NCBI RefSeq assembly: GCF_052425735.1
Contig: NC_135761.1
Coordinates: forward strand, 34,038,001-34,102,000
Length of the DNA: 64,000 bases
Source: Oculina patagonica
Lineage: Eukaryota
Reading direction: 5' to 3'
Shown: in pieces, positions 13,080-24,700 of the stretch
Layout of the letters: each line of letters starts with the position of its first letter
Numbering within the stretch: position 1 is the first letter of the stretch
Made by a program: the position numbers and the translations under genes
The notes under the pieces: generated by a model
What the model was told of the DNA's origin: nothing
Databases searched by the model: none
What the model saw: only the letters and a program-made list of their open reading frames with translations

Positions 13080-13581
13080 GGGCCTCTTCACATGAGCCCG
13101 GTTTACGGGCTGCCTCAGTTACCAGGACGGATTTTGACCTCTGTTCATATGGAAAATTTTAGCCCGGTTGACGGGGATAAAATTCAAGAAACGAAGGCAA
13201 AATGGCGACACATAAAGTTGCATCTTTCGCGACTATCGTAGCTTTTTTGACCCTTGTAACTTTATTAATAAAGCTAATTCGCATATTTCTGAAGTGGAAA
13301 TAGATACAAGGCAAAATTAAACCATTTGGACCACCCAATTACGAAAGGGAAGCTATTTTCTCAAAAAAAAAGTTGCGTCCCGGCGACCGGGCTGGAGCGT
13401 TCATATGGGAAATTTTTTTTTCCCGGTTTTCGAGATCTCGGTTGCAGAAACCGAGATATCGGTAACCGGGCTGGCCCACCTTCTCATATGAACACATCCA
13501 AAATTTTACAAGAAAATAGGAGTGAACCGAGATCTCGGTAACTGGGCCAGCCCGGTCAACCGGGATCATATGAAGAGGCCC
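13080..13581. mobile_element. PIF/Harbinger-type MITE
   Basis: TIRs GGGCCTCTTCACATGAGCCCGGT / ACCGGGATCATATGAAGAGGCCC, flanked by TAA on both sides. Confidence 0.85.
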
Positions 13582-13585
13582 TAAG

Positions 13586-13862
13586 TTGTCCATTGTCACA
13601 CGAGCAAGCTCTTACAGGGAAAACCCATCATGTTGCAATTTGTGTCTTACAAAGAAGCTTTGCACACTATCAGCTGACAGATCTACTTTCCTAAACAAAA
13701 GATCTCAAATTGTTACCAAGTGCAGGCACGAAAACAAATTCTATACAGCCAATCACAAACAGGATCGCTCCAACAATCCTTCACGAGTTTAGTTTAAATT
13801 GTATTCCAACCGTCTCTTACGGCACAGTCTGATTGCTTTGTGCATGAAACTCTAGTAACTAT
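13586..13862 (+). mobile_element. Penelope-like element 3' end: GIY-YIG endonuclease C-terminus and a degenerate hammerhead-like motif
   Basis: CNLCLTKK...LNKRSQIVTKCRHENKF is a typical PLE endonuclease C-terminus; followed by CTGA-TTGC-tttgt-GCAT-GAAAC at 13829-13850. Confidence 0.7.
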
Positions 13863-15430
13863 CCCTACACTCCTACGATTGTGTGAAACCATTAACAGTT
13901 TTCTTTGTTAATATTTAAATGCAATAAATTATTTTCACCTCATTTGCATTAATTTCACTGTTGAATGGCTTTCCATGTACACTACATGATGTACTAAAAC
14001 TTTGAAGACTATTGGTGACGACTGACTGTGTTAATCAAGGCACATGTGTTAAGGTGCACTGGACGATGGAACACTCTACAATGTTCTGCCATTTTGCCTT
14101 GTTAACTTTAGAACAATACAAGAAAGCACAGACAGAAAGTAGATTTTATGGCTAAACTGAAACTGGAAAAGACAGTTGCCTGCCAGAGTAATGTTGTTCA
14201 ATTGGAAAACACATCACAGGTTTTCCAAGGTTATTAGACAGGTAAACTGCCTTGGAACAATGTTTGAAATTGTCATAAAACTTAGTTAAAGCTAGTATTT
14301 CCTTTTTGCGACTTTTTTTGCTTGTTTACAAGCGAAAATAGGAGAATAGCAGTTATGTGGGGCAAATTTGGGACATTCTTGTCTACTCTCAAGGGACTTT
14401 TTTAATTTCTCAAGGGAATATTTTAATTTCTCAAGGGATTACTTTCCGCTGTGGGTGATCACGCGATCTCGTGGAAAAACGTGACTTGTCATTTACAAAC
14501 ATTATATAACAATGTTAAAAGTGACATGTCAGCTTTCTTATCTCAACGCACGTGTGTCTGAAAGGCGATCTATAAAAAGCGTCGCACAAACAATGGATTG
14601 CGTAACTAAAACACGAATAAATAGCCACTAGCACTTACATCGTTTAAAAATTACAAACGTCAAAAATAAACCATACCAAAAAACTTGCTCTTTTCAAAGA
14701 TATTATTGAAGTTACAACAAATGCAAGAGATGGGGGCTTCTTTTAAGGCTTCTTTTTTAGGCCAAATTTGGTCGCTACAAGCGCCCATTCTATTTCGTCA
14801 TCAGCCTAGGTCGTTAGGGACGTGACCTCGCGTTGACAGCAATGTTGCATCACAGGCAGACCACCCTATGTGTTCGTGGTTAATTATTGTTGTTGACATG
14901 AGACGAACAAAAGAAATTTTGAAATCTATAAGGGTTACTGAAATAAAGCTCTGGAAATAACATATCTAACTACATTTCGCTCTAAATATCTCAATAAAGT
15001 TTAATGAAACGTTTATCGACTCATGTGTTGTATTTCTTCGCCTGCGCGGGCCGTTTTAAGCACTTTTTTTAACTGATTTAGCCGGCCGAAGGCCAGTAAG
15101 AGAGAAAGAGGAGACAAGGCTTGCAAGTCGGCGGCCGCCAGCAGCGACCTCCTCCACTTCAAACCGGAATTAATGCCAAACTACTGAAAATCTCACCTAT
15201 CTGACGACGGCTATCGATCGGTGAGTTGTTGCTCTATCTCTTCGCCGAATTTGAACTTCATCCCTCCAATAGTTTCCGAGAAAATCCACGCTGAAATCAT
15301 GCATACGGCTTTTTGACTGCACAGGATAAACCTTCGACTCATACTTCATGCAAAAAAAGTCGGTATCTCGAAGAGACTTTGATTCTTTTTTAAAATTAAG
15401 CAATTTTGTAGGAATTATGCAATTTTTGAT

Positions 15431-16149
15431 TGTCGGGGATGAAAGCGTTACGTTGAAACATGAACTTTGCGTGACAATGAAATATGAACTATTCGGACAT
15501 TTAACTATTGTGTAATTTATTGTACATGTATTGTGATGGAGAGATGCGAAATAACCAGAACGAATCAGTGAGAATAAAGGAGAATGAAAGAGAAACCAGA
15601 GTGATTGTTTGCCGTTAAACCATTTACGACAAAAGTGGCGACCCTGCCAGGACTCCTGTAACAGGAATCACCGAATATGGCGAAAACAGCTGAACAATTG
15701 ACCTGCAACAGACCTGTAGAAGGGAGAGGTGAAATACTTAACGCAAACGCCAGAGAATTCCAACCAAGAAGAGCCGCAATTGATGCACGCCAGCGAATAG
15801 CTGCCATAGCGCAAGATGAACTGGATGAAAACTAGACTTGAACTGCATGCTATCATTTGAGTTTCAAATTAGTTACAGTTGTACTTTCAAATAGCAGATT
15901 TATCACATTCTATATTTGCCTCAAATATCTGAGTCAAATAGGGGGAGAGTGTCGGGATGAAAGCGTTACATTGAAACATGAACTTTGTGTGACAATGAAA
16001 TATGAACTATTCGGACATTGAACTATTGTGTAATTTTTTGTACATGTATTGTGATGGAGAGATGCAAAATAACTAGAACGAATCAGTGAGAATAAAGGAG
16101 AATCAAAGAGAAACCAGAGTGATTGTTTGCCATTAAACCATTTACAACA
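15431..16149 (+). mobile_element. Miniature (TRIM-like) internally deleted BEL/Pao LTR retrotransposon
   Basis: LTRs 15431-15631 and 15950-16149 (TG...CA); PBS TGGCGACCCTGCCAGGA; PPT AATAGGGGGAGAG; imperfect 5-bp TSD TTGAT/TTTAT; internal 52-aa ORF 15677-15835 ending EFQPRRAAIDARQRI. Confidence 0.9.
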
Positions 16150-16789
16150 TTTATTAATTAGGCAAAAAGTTGCAATATGAGGTCAATTTTGCAAAATCGC
16201 AACGTCGCATTATATCAGAAGTCTTGTTTCTTGTAAGTTCACATTGGTTTAGTGTCGGGAATTTAAAAACAAAACTTTCAATGGACGTTATTAATTGAGA
16301 CATTTTGTTCCATTCAGGATGTTTTCGGTATATTTTTACAGACTCCTATGCCTCGCAACAAGGAGGAATTTTAAACGCACCTTTTGAAAAACATCAAGGC
16401 CTTTAATTCCAGTGGTAATCTGTCCTTTACATTTACAACGGTCAATACACACTGATGTTGATTTTGGTTGGCAGCAAGGCTTACATTTGGTTATTTGACT
16501 CATGGCAAAATAATTTCACATCTTATGGCTATCTATCCTGCAAGCAGGCTCACCTTGTGTTACATACGAGTCTCTGTCCCGGTTTGGGCAATCATGTTTT
16601 GCGGCTTTACCACTAGCATTTCTATCCCAGGCGGCATACATCATGTTCCATGGACCACAGGCAAGATTGAACAAATTTGCCTACTCATGAAGCCAACCAG
16701 ATTGCAGGATTGCCTGCTTGCATGCTGAGAAAAAAATAAAAGCCCTAATTATTCAACTGATCAAAAAAAGATGACTATTAAAGCAGGAG

Positions 16790-17120
16790 TAGACATAGAG
16801 GCATAGACATAGACATAATTTATTTATCCACAAAGAGCTTAGAAGCCGTAGCTCGTTAAAACGCTCTCATGAAATAAAAAAGGTTTAAAAATTACAAATA
16901 AAAGACGGTTAAAAAGGTAAAAAGTGCATATATGTACAAAATTGTGAATATGGTTTGAATAAATAGAAATCTATATAAATATTACTCTAGTTAATTATTA
17001 AAGTTCTTTAAAAAATTACAATTTCAATAAAGGTCTTTAAAAATTACAGTCAACAGAAAGACCAACTGCAGTAATTTCTTAAAAGAGGCGAGACCTTTAG
17101 CCTGGCGGACTTCAGATTTA
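16790..17120 (-). mobile_element. 5'-truncated LINE (CR1/L2 group) 3' tail
   Basis: Minus strand reads EVRQAKGLASFKKLL, then an AT-rich UTR ending in AATAAA-like sequence and a (CTATGT)n microsatellite tail. Confidence 0.55.
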
Positions 17121-18614
17121 ACCACCAGTATAACAATTTACAAACAGCATTAAACAGTATCTTGTACTAATACAAAGGAAACTTATAACCTGAGAAAAGG
17201 AGTTCTGATTTAATCTGATTACATGCAAAGCGAAGGGCGACAACTTGTGTTTACTTCCTTCGTAAAAATAGGTTATTTAAAGTGACCAAATGTATTTCAC
17301 CGAACTAGAGAATATATTCACTTCAAAGTAGAAGAAAATAACAAAATAAATAATCACTTCCCACCAACTGAAGTGAACTGTCAACAACAACTGCAGTGAT
17401 CAGATCTAGAGTCAACTGAGTGCGGTCGATAAGCTTGATGAGGGTTGCGAACAAAGGCAGAAGAAACTAAAAAATCTCCGGGTTCCTTTTTAGTTTCATT
17501 GAGTAGAAAAGAAAGTTCGGAATTATAACGTTTGAAATAATTTTCTGGTGGATTAACAAGGCTATAAAGTCAGTACATAACAAAAATTGTACGAGTCTAT
17601 CATTTGCACACGCAAGCGTGCGATCGCGAATGAAAGCGAGTAAAACGGTTAAAAAACACCAAGATGAAAGAATAACAACAATAGTCTGTGAAAGTAGACT
17701 TAATTTAACAGTGCAGTGCTGCAGTAGAGATTAAAACACAGAAAAATTCAGCCTACCTTGCCACGCAAACACTCCTTGTTGTAATATAACCCCTTTTTCT
17801 CGCCGTCTGACGAATCTTGCTTGTTGTTCCCGGATGACTAGTACCCAGAGTCCACGGCACACGGCACACGTCATACGTCATGCGTCACGCGAGGAGCAGG
17901 GAACAGTGAATGCGTGAGGCGAATGGCTATCTTTCCATTTCCTCCCTACTAGCACTCTCTGATAATTTTTTTTATTTCAGGGAAAGAAAAAATAAAATAA
18001 AAAAACTGACAAAGTGAAACAACGAAAAACACCTGATCGCAGGTAAGTAGTGAGTACGCAGCTTCGCTGAATGCATATCACAAAAAAATACCTTATTATG
18101 GGAAGTTAACCCTTCATGAAATTAACGCGAATTTCACGAAAAAATACCGCTAGAACTAAAATACAAAAATTGAGAAAATACAAAGGGTCGTAAAAATTAG
18201 AAAGAAACACATTTATGTGCTTAATTAAAGGTTACACAACGAAAAGTAAAATTAAAGATTAACGGCTTTCGTTACTTTTAATGTCGTGTGCAACGTTTCC
18301 CTTGCCTAGGCGATAAAATTAAAACTAAGCGAATTAAGGCGAAAAGGTTAAGCTAATATAGCGTAAAAACAAAATATTTACCTTGGTACTGCCTTGATAA
18401 CTCAACAAAACTTGTGCGCCTTTGCGCTTTACTTCTTGAGATAAGACTTGAAAAATCTTATTACGCTAACTGAAAAGCACAACTTCATAACTAGAAGGTG
18501 GCGCGACACATTCGTGTGCGCTTTCGCGCGATTCAACGATAGAAGCGCGCGCATGTAAATGCGTAAGAACAAGTGTACAGCAACGTCCAAACAATGAAAC
18601 AATAAATAATACTA

Positions 18615-19201
18615 ACTAGTAATACGTGACTCGCAGGGCCTCGCGAAGCTCTGGGTTATTGTTGGCTAGTATCGGCGAAATACAGCAGACAGAATACAAA
18701 CAGAAACTGAACAACAACGAACTGCACGATTACAGAGACTTCGACAAAATACAGCAGACAGAATACAAACAGAAACTGAACAACAACGAACTGCACGATT
18801 ACAGACCCAGCAGTTTATAGCCTGAATAGGCGTTGAGGGAGTATTATGTGGAAATCAGTGTTATTTTAATCCGAAAAGAAAAACGATAAAAATGAAAGGC
18901 TCAGGATTCGAACCCACAAAAAAAATAATAGTAAAAAAAAAAAAAAAAAAAAAAAAACCTAGCCGGATTCGAACCCCCGCCCTCAGTCCCGAAGATCTGA
19001 TTTCAAGTTCGACGCCTCACGCCATTACGCCACCAGCGCGCGGCCGTGTGACGTCATTTCCGCCAGACACCAAGCTCACAAATATATATATATAATATGA
19101 CCGTAAACTCCACACGAGATTTCATCCCGCCTGAGCCCTTTGAGGGACAAAATTATACACCCCGCTACGCTCGGCCTTCGGCCTCGCTTCGCGAGGAATA
19201 A
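18615..19201 (-). mobile_element. Non-autonomous Helentron/HINE-like rolling-circle element
   Basis: Asymmetric 11-bp inverted repeat CCTCGCGAAGC (18639-18649) / GCTTCGCGAGG (19186-19196); GC hairpin at 19160-19196; ACTAGT terminus; internal (TA)n; 63-bp tandem repeat encoding RQNTADRIQTETEQQRTARLQ (ETxEQRxxRL, STPR-like, seen in Helitron N-termini). Confidence 0.65.
18958..19037 (-). pseudogene. tRNA-Ser(UGA)-like degenerate Pol III module inside the HINE-like element
   Basis: A box TGGCGTAATGG, loop CT-TGA-AA, long variable region, B box GGTTCGAATCC, then poly-T. Stems pair poorly. Confidence 0.5.
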
Positions 19202-19324
19202 ATGGACTTCATTTGCGTCTTGCTAACATATATATTAAAGTAATTTTAAGCAATAACGTAGTGTGGCGTCTTTATTCTTTTAACAGTCTCCCGCTTGTTT
19301 AAATATCTTTACAGTACTCTATGC

Positions 19325-19560
19325 ACGCTGGCAACAAATTTCGGTGTTGCAAGTTGCAGCAACATGTTGCACAAAGTAGAACCGAGTTCTACTTTTTGCA
19401 ACAATTTTTTTCAACTTCCAACACCGAAATTTGTTGCGAGACAAGTTGAGCCCGCGGTAGTTATACGTGCAACAACTCGTTCAACTTGCAATGCAACAAT
19501 GTTGCGAGCAGGAGGGTTGCGAGACAAGTTGAACAAAAATGTTGCCCGTATTACCGGGCC
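19325..19560. mobile_element. Harbinger-type palindromic MITE, left end truncated
   Basis: Repeated GCAACA/TGTTGC palindromic units; ends TGTTGCCCGTATTACCGGGCC-TTA. Confidence 0.7.
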
Positions 19561-20590
19561 TTAAGAGCAACGTTCTAAATTAAGCGAAACAACAAGCAGC
19601 TCCGTCTCTTAAATTTGGGGCCACCTCCTCTTCCGGAATAGCAGGTTTCACTATATATTTTTCTATTCCAGTTTATTTTTACCTTACTAAACACAACGGT
19701 TTGAAATAACGGGGTACAACTGTATATTATTTGGGGGTTCTAAGGTTAAATTTAAAAGACGTTAATCTTGAAACATAGCTCCTTTGAGGACGAATGAGAT
19801 GACTCGTTCTGATGAAATAAAAGACTATAAAGGAATAGTTTCCGAGCCTTAAATCCAGTCCACGGGTATTTATTTTATTTATTTTAGTGATTTTTCTGAA
19901 CGCCATCACAAAGGTTTAAATAGCGCTGTAAAACCCTTACGCCGTCTTTCTATCGATCGTAGAATAAATTAACATTTTGCTTGTTCAGTGCCATTGTAAA
20001 ACATTGCTTTAAAATCTGTACGCCCTTCGTGAAATTCCTTGCGCTGGGGGGGGGGGGGGGAGAGCAGGCGAGGAGAAATCCCGATAGCCACCAGACCAGA
20101 CAAAGTTTACGTAGAGAAAACTCTGCAATAAAAAACTCTCGCCCTCTTTAGTTGTAGATGTGTTTTTTTTTTTCTTTCCCCGAAAGCGGGAGAGCCCTGG
20201 TAGAGTAGCTGCCCGAATGTAGCTAGCCACAGAGACTGTGGAATCCGAAACGTAGTCCTTCGATCGACAGTCTGCCTAGTCCTCAGGCGCTATCCCTCTT
20301 CCATAATAGTCATTGCTTGAACTACTATCTACCCACCCACCCCCCCGTTTCCTTGCGCTTCCCCTTTTCCCGCATCGAGCGACCCGGCCAATCGGGGTCT
20401 GGGGTGACCGGGCGAGGCAGAGAAAACTTTGAAGCTCCGCCTGTTAATTTAAAAGAGGGTAACCTACAATTACTCTTTTGCGCTTGTTCAGTAGCATACT
20501 CTTTCTTTTTTGTTGTTGTTGTTCAAGTACGTAATTTTTGCCGCATCTTTTATTCATATCAAACTTGTAAATGGCCCAGCTCACAACGAG

Positions 20591-20690
20591 TCTCTCGTAG
20601 CTCAGTTGGTTAGAGCGCCCAGTCAGTATCTGGGAGGCCATGGATTCGATTCCCGTCGAGGGATGAGATTTTTTCTTTGTCCCACGCTTC
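20591..20690 (+). mobile_element. tRNA-derived SINE; head 20591-20664 folds as a tRNA-Thr(AGU)-like cloverleaf
   Basis: Acceptor stem TCTCTCG/CGAGGGA, D arm GCTC/GAGC, anticodon stem CCCAG/CTGGG with loop TCAGTAT, T loop TTCGATT. U33 and G53 are mutated, and a SINE-like body GATTTTTTCTTTGTCCCACGCT follows. Confidence 0.7.
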
Positions 20691-21735
20691 TATTATTGGA
20701 AAACAATTACTCTTCATTATTTTTATTCATATATCAAAATTTTGCTATAAACAAGGCATGGCTTTAGCGTTTTAAAGAGTGCAGAAAAAACAGCATCCGT
20801 TATTGGAATACGAACTGATGATTGATTCGTAACATTTTATCAGGAATAAATTTTTGTTCGACGGTAGATCGGGCCTGGAGAGATCTTTTTGTATTTCGCG
20901 TTGACTAGCGCTTTTTTAACGGCGCCCAGGTTTCCCTCCATTTTGGTTGACGTTGTGAAGTGACAGCATAAAGAGTTACCATGAAGATAGCCATGGCAAC
21001 CGATCACATTTACAAAAACTGATTTGTTTATCGGGCGCTTGTCTTAACGAGGTTCAAACATGGATAGTTCGTGTTCACGTGACGCTTGGAATACACATTT
21101 GGGCTTCGTGCATGAAACTATTTTGAACGGTAAACAGACTGTAGAAGTTTTCGTTTCTGATCCTAAGCGAGTTCCTGATTTTTCTACTAGTGATCACGCG
21201 CTCCTGAAAGTTTGCCGTGCAGCAGAAAGTTAGTTTGCCGTGCAGCAGAAAGTTTGGCTTCACAGGTGGGCGTTTCCTCTCCCTTTTGTTTTATCTTTTT
21301 TTTTTTTCTAACGAGCTTTTTTATAAAATTAGAAAAATGCGCTTAAAACAATGCCATTTGTAGAAATTTACGAGACCGCAAACCTTCTCCTGCGCATTTA
21401 AATGTTCAAGCAGACTGCTTCGACAACTTTCAAAAAGCCCGTAAAAAAATACAGGACTTAGGGAATGGCTTGTTCTTTTCAGTCCGTCGAGAATATCAAT
21501 TGTGGGGAAAGTAATTATTTTATTCGTTAGCGTTACAACTGAATCGTTTGACCAGATAGCCGTAGTATAATTTCATTGACGAAGATAAAGTTTATTGAAA
21601 ACGTCCGGAGAAGAAAAGACAGAAAAAAAAAAGAACAGCGCGCGGATAGAGCTTTTGATTGTGACATCATCAACGGCTTTCAAAGTTGAACTCGAGAGCG
21701 CGCGCGAGACAAACGGCAGCGAGAAATAACAAGAA

Positions 21736-24700
21736 ATGTCGGAACTAACCTGCGATCAGAGCGTTCTTTTTTTGCGGCGAGAGAAAATAGATAAGAAAAG
21801 GACGCCGGATCGCAGGTTAGAAATGAACAAAAAATAAGTGTAAAGGGCTTAAGATAATTACTTTGAAAAGGCTATATCTAAATCTGAGACGAAAAAGCAT
21901 AAAATAGTATTGCCGTAAAATTCGCTAGTTTACTCCAAATGGTCGTACGCTAACGCGCCGTTCGTAAATTGTATTTAAATGTTCACGTTTAGCACACATT
22001 TTTTATTGTAGTCAAAACAAGAAGCACAACAACTCAAGGTGAAGATTGCTGGTGAGTGCTACATTGTACTTCATCCCATTACAATGATCAAATATATGCA
22101 TAGCGAATTTCGAGTTTAAGAAATAATTTATTCCGATAATCTATTTTTATTGAACGTTGACTCAGCGGCGAAACACATTTTCACATGTTTTATTTTATGT
22201 TCTGATTAATGTAGCTAAGGACAAGGAAACAGCGGGTGTTGATAACAGGCTATGGGAGTTACGGCACAGCGAGGTTAAAAGCCAATCTGATTTTGCAAAG
22301 AAACTAGAAGCTGTAGATCGAGAACTAGAGAAAGCAAAACGGATCTTACTGGAGGCTGAAAGGAACGTTCGTGAGAAGGTGGCAGAGGTCCAGAGGCTAC
22401 ACCAAGACTTTCGATTAATGTACGGTACGTGACGTCATCTACAATCTGGCGCTGTCTAGGTGTCAAAGGCTAAGGAGGGTGTCGAAAAGCGAGGCGGAAG
22501 GGGGGAAGGGTATCAACATGTATCAAAGTAATGATACTTTTTACTGGTTATGTGTTGTTTGTAATGACGTGCAATTGTTCTTCTGGACATTAAACAATGA
22601 GCATTACTAATCGTTGTGATTTTAAACTTCTCGCAGATGCAGACAAGCACGACAAAAAAGAAGAAACACAAGAAAAGTTAGAAACAAGTAATGACCAAAA
22701 AAGAGGACTTGAGACGAGGCTTTTCAATGGTATGTACAGTTCGACTGGGTTTATGAGACAGTATAAATCAGTTGAAAAGTGTAAACGCTGTTTGTAAGAA
22801 GGTGATACAACACTTGACGGGGCGTAGGTAGATGCCATCATAAAATCTGCCAAACTGGGCGTTACCTAAATTTTACCACTGCCATACATTACGAAACCCA
22901 CAGTCGAGTAAGATCACAGTGACTTAGGCCGGCCTGGTTTACACTAGCGACATAACGGCAAGGTAAAGCAAATGCAAAACAAAGAACAAAAACTCACGTT
23001 GATGTGTTAAGTCGCCAGTGTGAACAACCCAACAAAATGACATAGTTTAAGCGCAATGACGTAGGCATAACGACGTAAGGGACGAGCTGAATTTTTGTTT
23101 TTGTCGTTAGTTTTGTCGTTAGTGTGAACCAGACCTTATTTGTTACAGTTTATGTATGATTGACGCATGGAGCCAGTCGAGTGGATAACCGTTTCTAAAA
23201 AGTAGACATTGTGACAATTGTTTCTATCATGTTGTTTCTCTAGGTAAAGATTACTTTAAAGCTCAACCGTCGTGGTTCGATTCCTTGTCAGACAACACTG
23301 GTAGGATTAACGTCCAGTTTAAGGAGAAGACAGAATGCCAGAAAGAATTCCAGACGGCCGGCAATACTTCCCATCGTAAAGGAAAAGCATTTCCAGAAAG
23401 AATCAAAGGTACAAATAATTGAATCCTTTGGTTTGTCTACGTATCAGCCCAGAGCAATGAATTATCTCTGTTCTCAGCATTTAGGCAGAGGTAAAAAACC
23501 TACAGGGGGACGTTCGATCGATCGAGTCCAATATGTTTCTTTTTTTTTTCTTTCCTCCTTTAGCTGAGGATTACTTTGAACTTCAACCGTCGTGGTTTGA
23601 CACACTGCTGACCAACGTGGGCTGCCTTGATGTCAAGTTTAATCCCGTGCCAAGAGAAGAAGCAGCGTTCAAGAAGCAATCCCACACAATTTACAGCACT
23701 TCAGGTAACGAGTCAGATGCAACAAGATCTAAGATTCTTTTCTACGTATATATCGTCTTATCACGGTGAACAAAATTCTATCTCAGCTGCATTCGACTCT
23801 TTTCAAATTAATTAACTAAATTATTTTTTTTATGTTTTTTTTTAGCTGATGTTTATGGACAGAAGAAGGTTCTTTATCCGAAAAAAAATACGCCTTCACC
23901 TATCGTCCCAGCCACTAGCGACGACTTCACAGCAGCGGCGTCCGAAAGGACCCATGGGTGCCTGTCTGCCAATACTTGTTACTTATTTTCGGATTCAGGT
24001 ATAGTTACATGTACTAGATAACGAAATTTAATGAGTTCGGCGTCTATATGCAATGGAGAGAAATTCGCTAGTAAAAAGGGGGAAAAAGAAACATCGAGTC
24101 ATGCAGCCTATACTGTTGGAGCTTATCCCGGTTTCTGTAGCATTAAGCTGACCGTTGGGACACCGCAACTCCCATTGTTAGTAAAGGGACATAGGTACAT
24201 TTGAGAAATTTAAAACACAGTGAGAGACTTTTTTTCGCTTAGGCGGTTTGTTTTCCCATTACAGACCACGTGATGTTCTGCAGAGAATTTCCTTTTCATC
24301 CACATAAAATTTATTCATTTATATACACGCGACTATTTGAAAATTTGAAAGCAAGAATCCATAAGAGTATCATCGCATGGTCTGTGGGACCACACAATGG
24401 GACAACAAAACGCCCAAGCGAAAAAGATCTATTATCTTGCGATTTCCTTTTTACCAATATTCTTGTATCTTCTTTTCTAAAGAATCCAAACCGTCGTGGT
24501 TTGACACTTTAACAAACAACATTGGATGCGTGGAAATTGAAAATATGCCAATCACGAAGAAAGACGTCAGGAATACATATTTTTCATGTAAAAGGATAGA
24601 TAATTCAGGTACCGATAAAACAAGGTTTCTTCAAGCTAATTGCATTTCTCTGGGGAGTTAAATGTTTCATGTAATGTTTAATAAATGAGCAGCGGTGTTT

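Noticed and set aside
16320-17895. Possible minus-strand spliced transcript (acceptor ~16726, donor ~17755, CRE-like ACGTCA cluster 17866-17890)
   Set aside because: All frames contain stops and no motif is recognisable; splice-like signals alone are insufficient.
18670-18805. CRISPR-like direct repeats (also the ~37-40-bp repeats at 42640-42760 and 20-bp repeats at 14388-14440)
   Set aside because: Head-to-tail tandem repeats without unique spacers; no cas genes; eukaryotic DNA.
20591-20664. Functional tRNA-Thr gene
   Set aside because: U33 and G53 are mutated and a SINE-type body follows.
23244-24608. Calling the PSWFD gene BRCA2
   Set aside because: Only a 5-residue resemblance; no BRC repeats or OB folds, and the protein is far too short.
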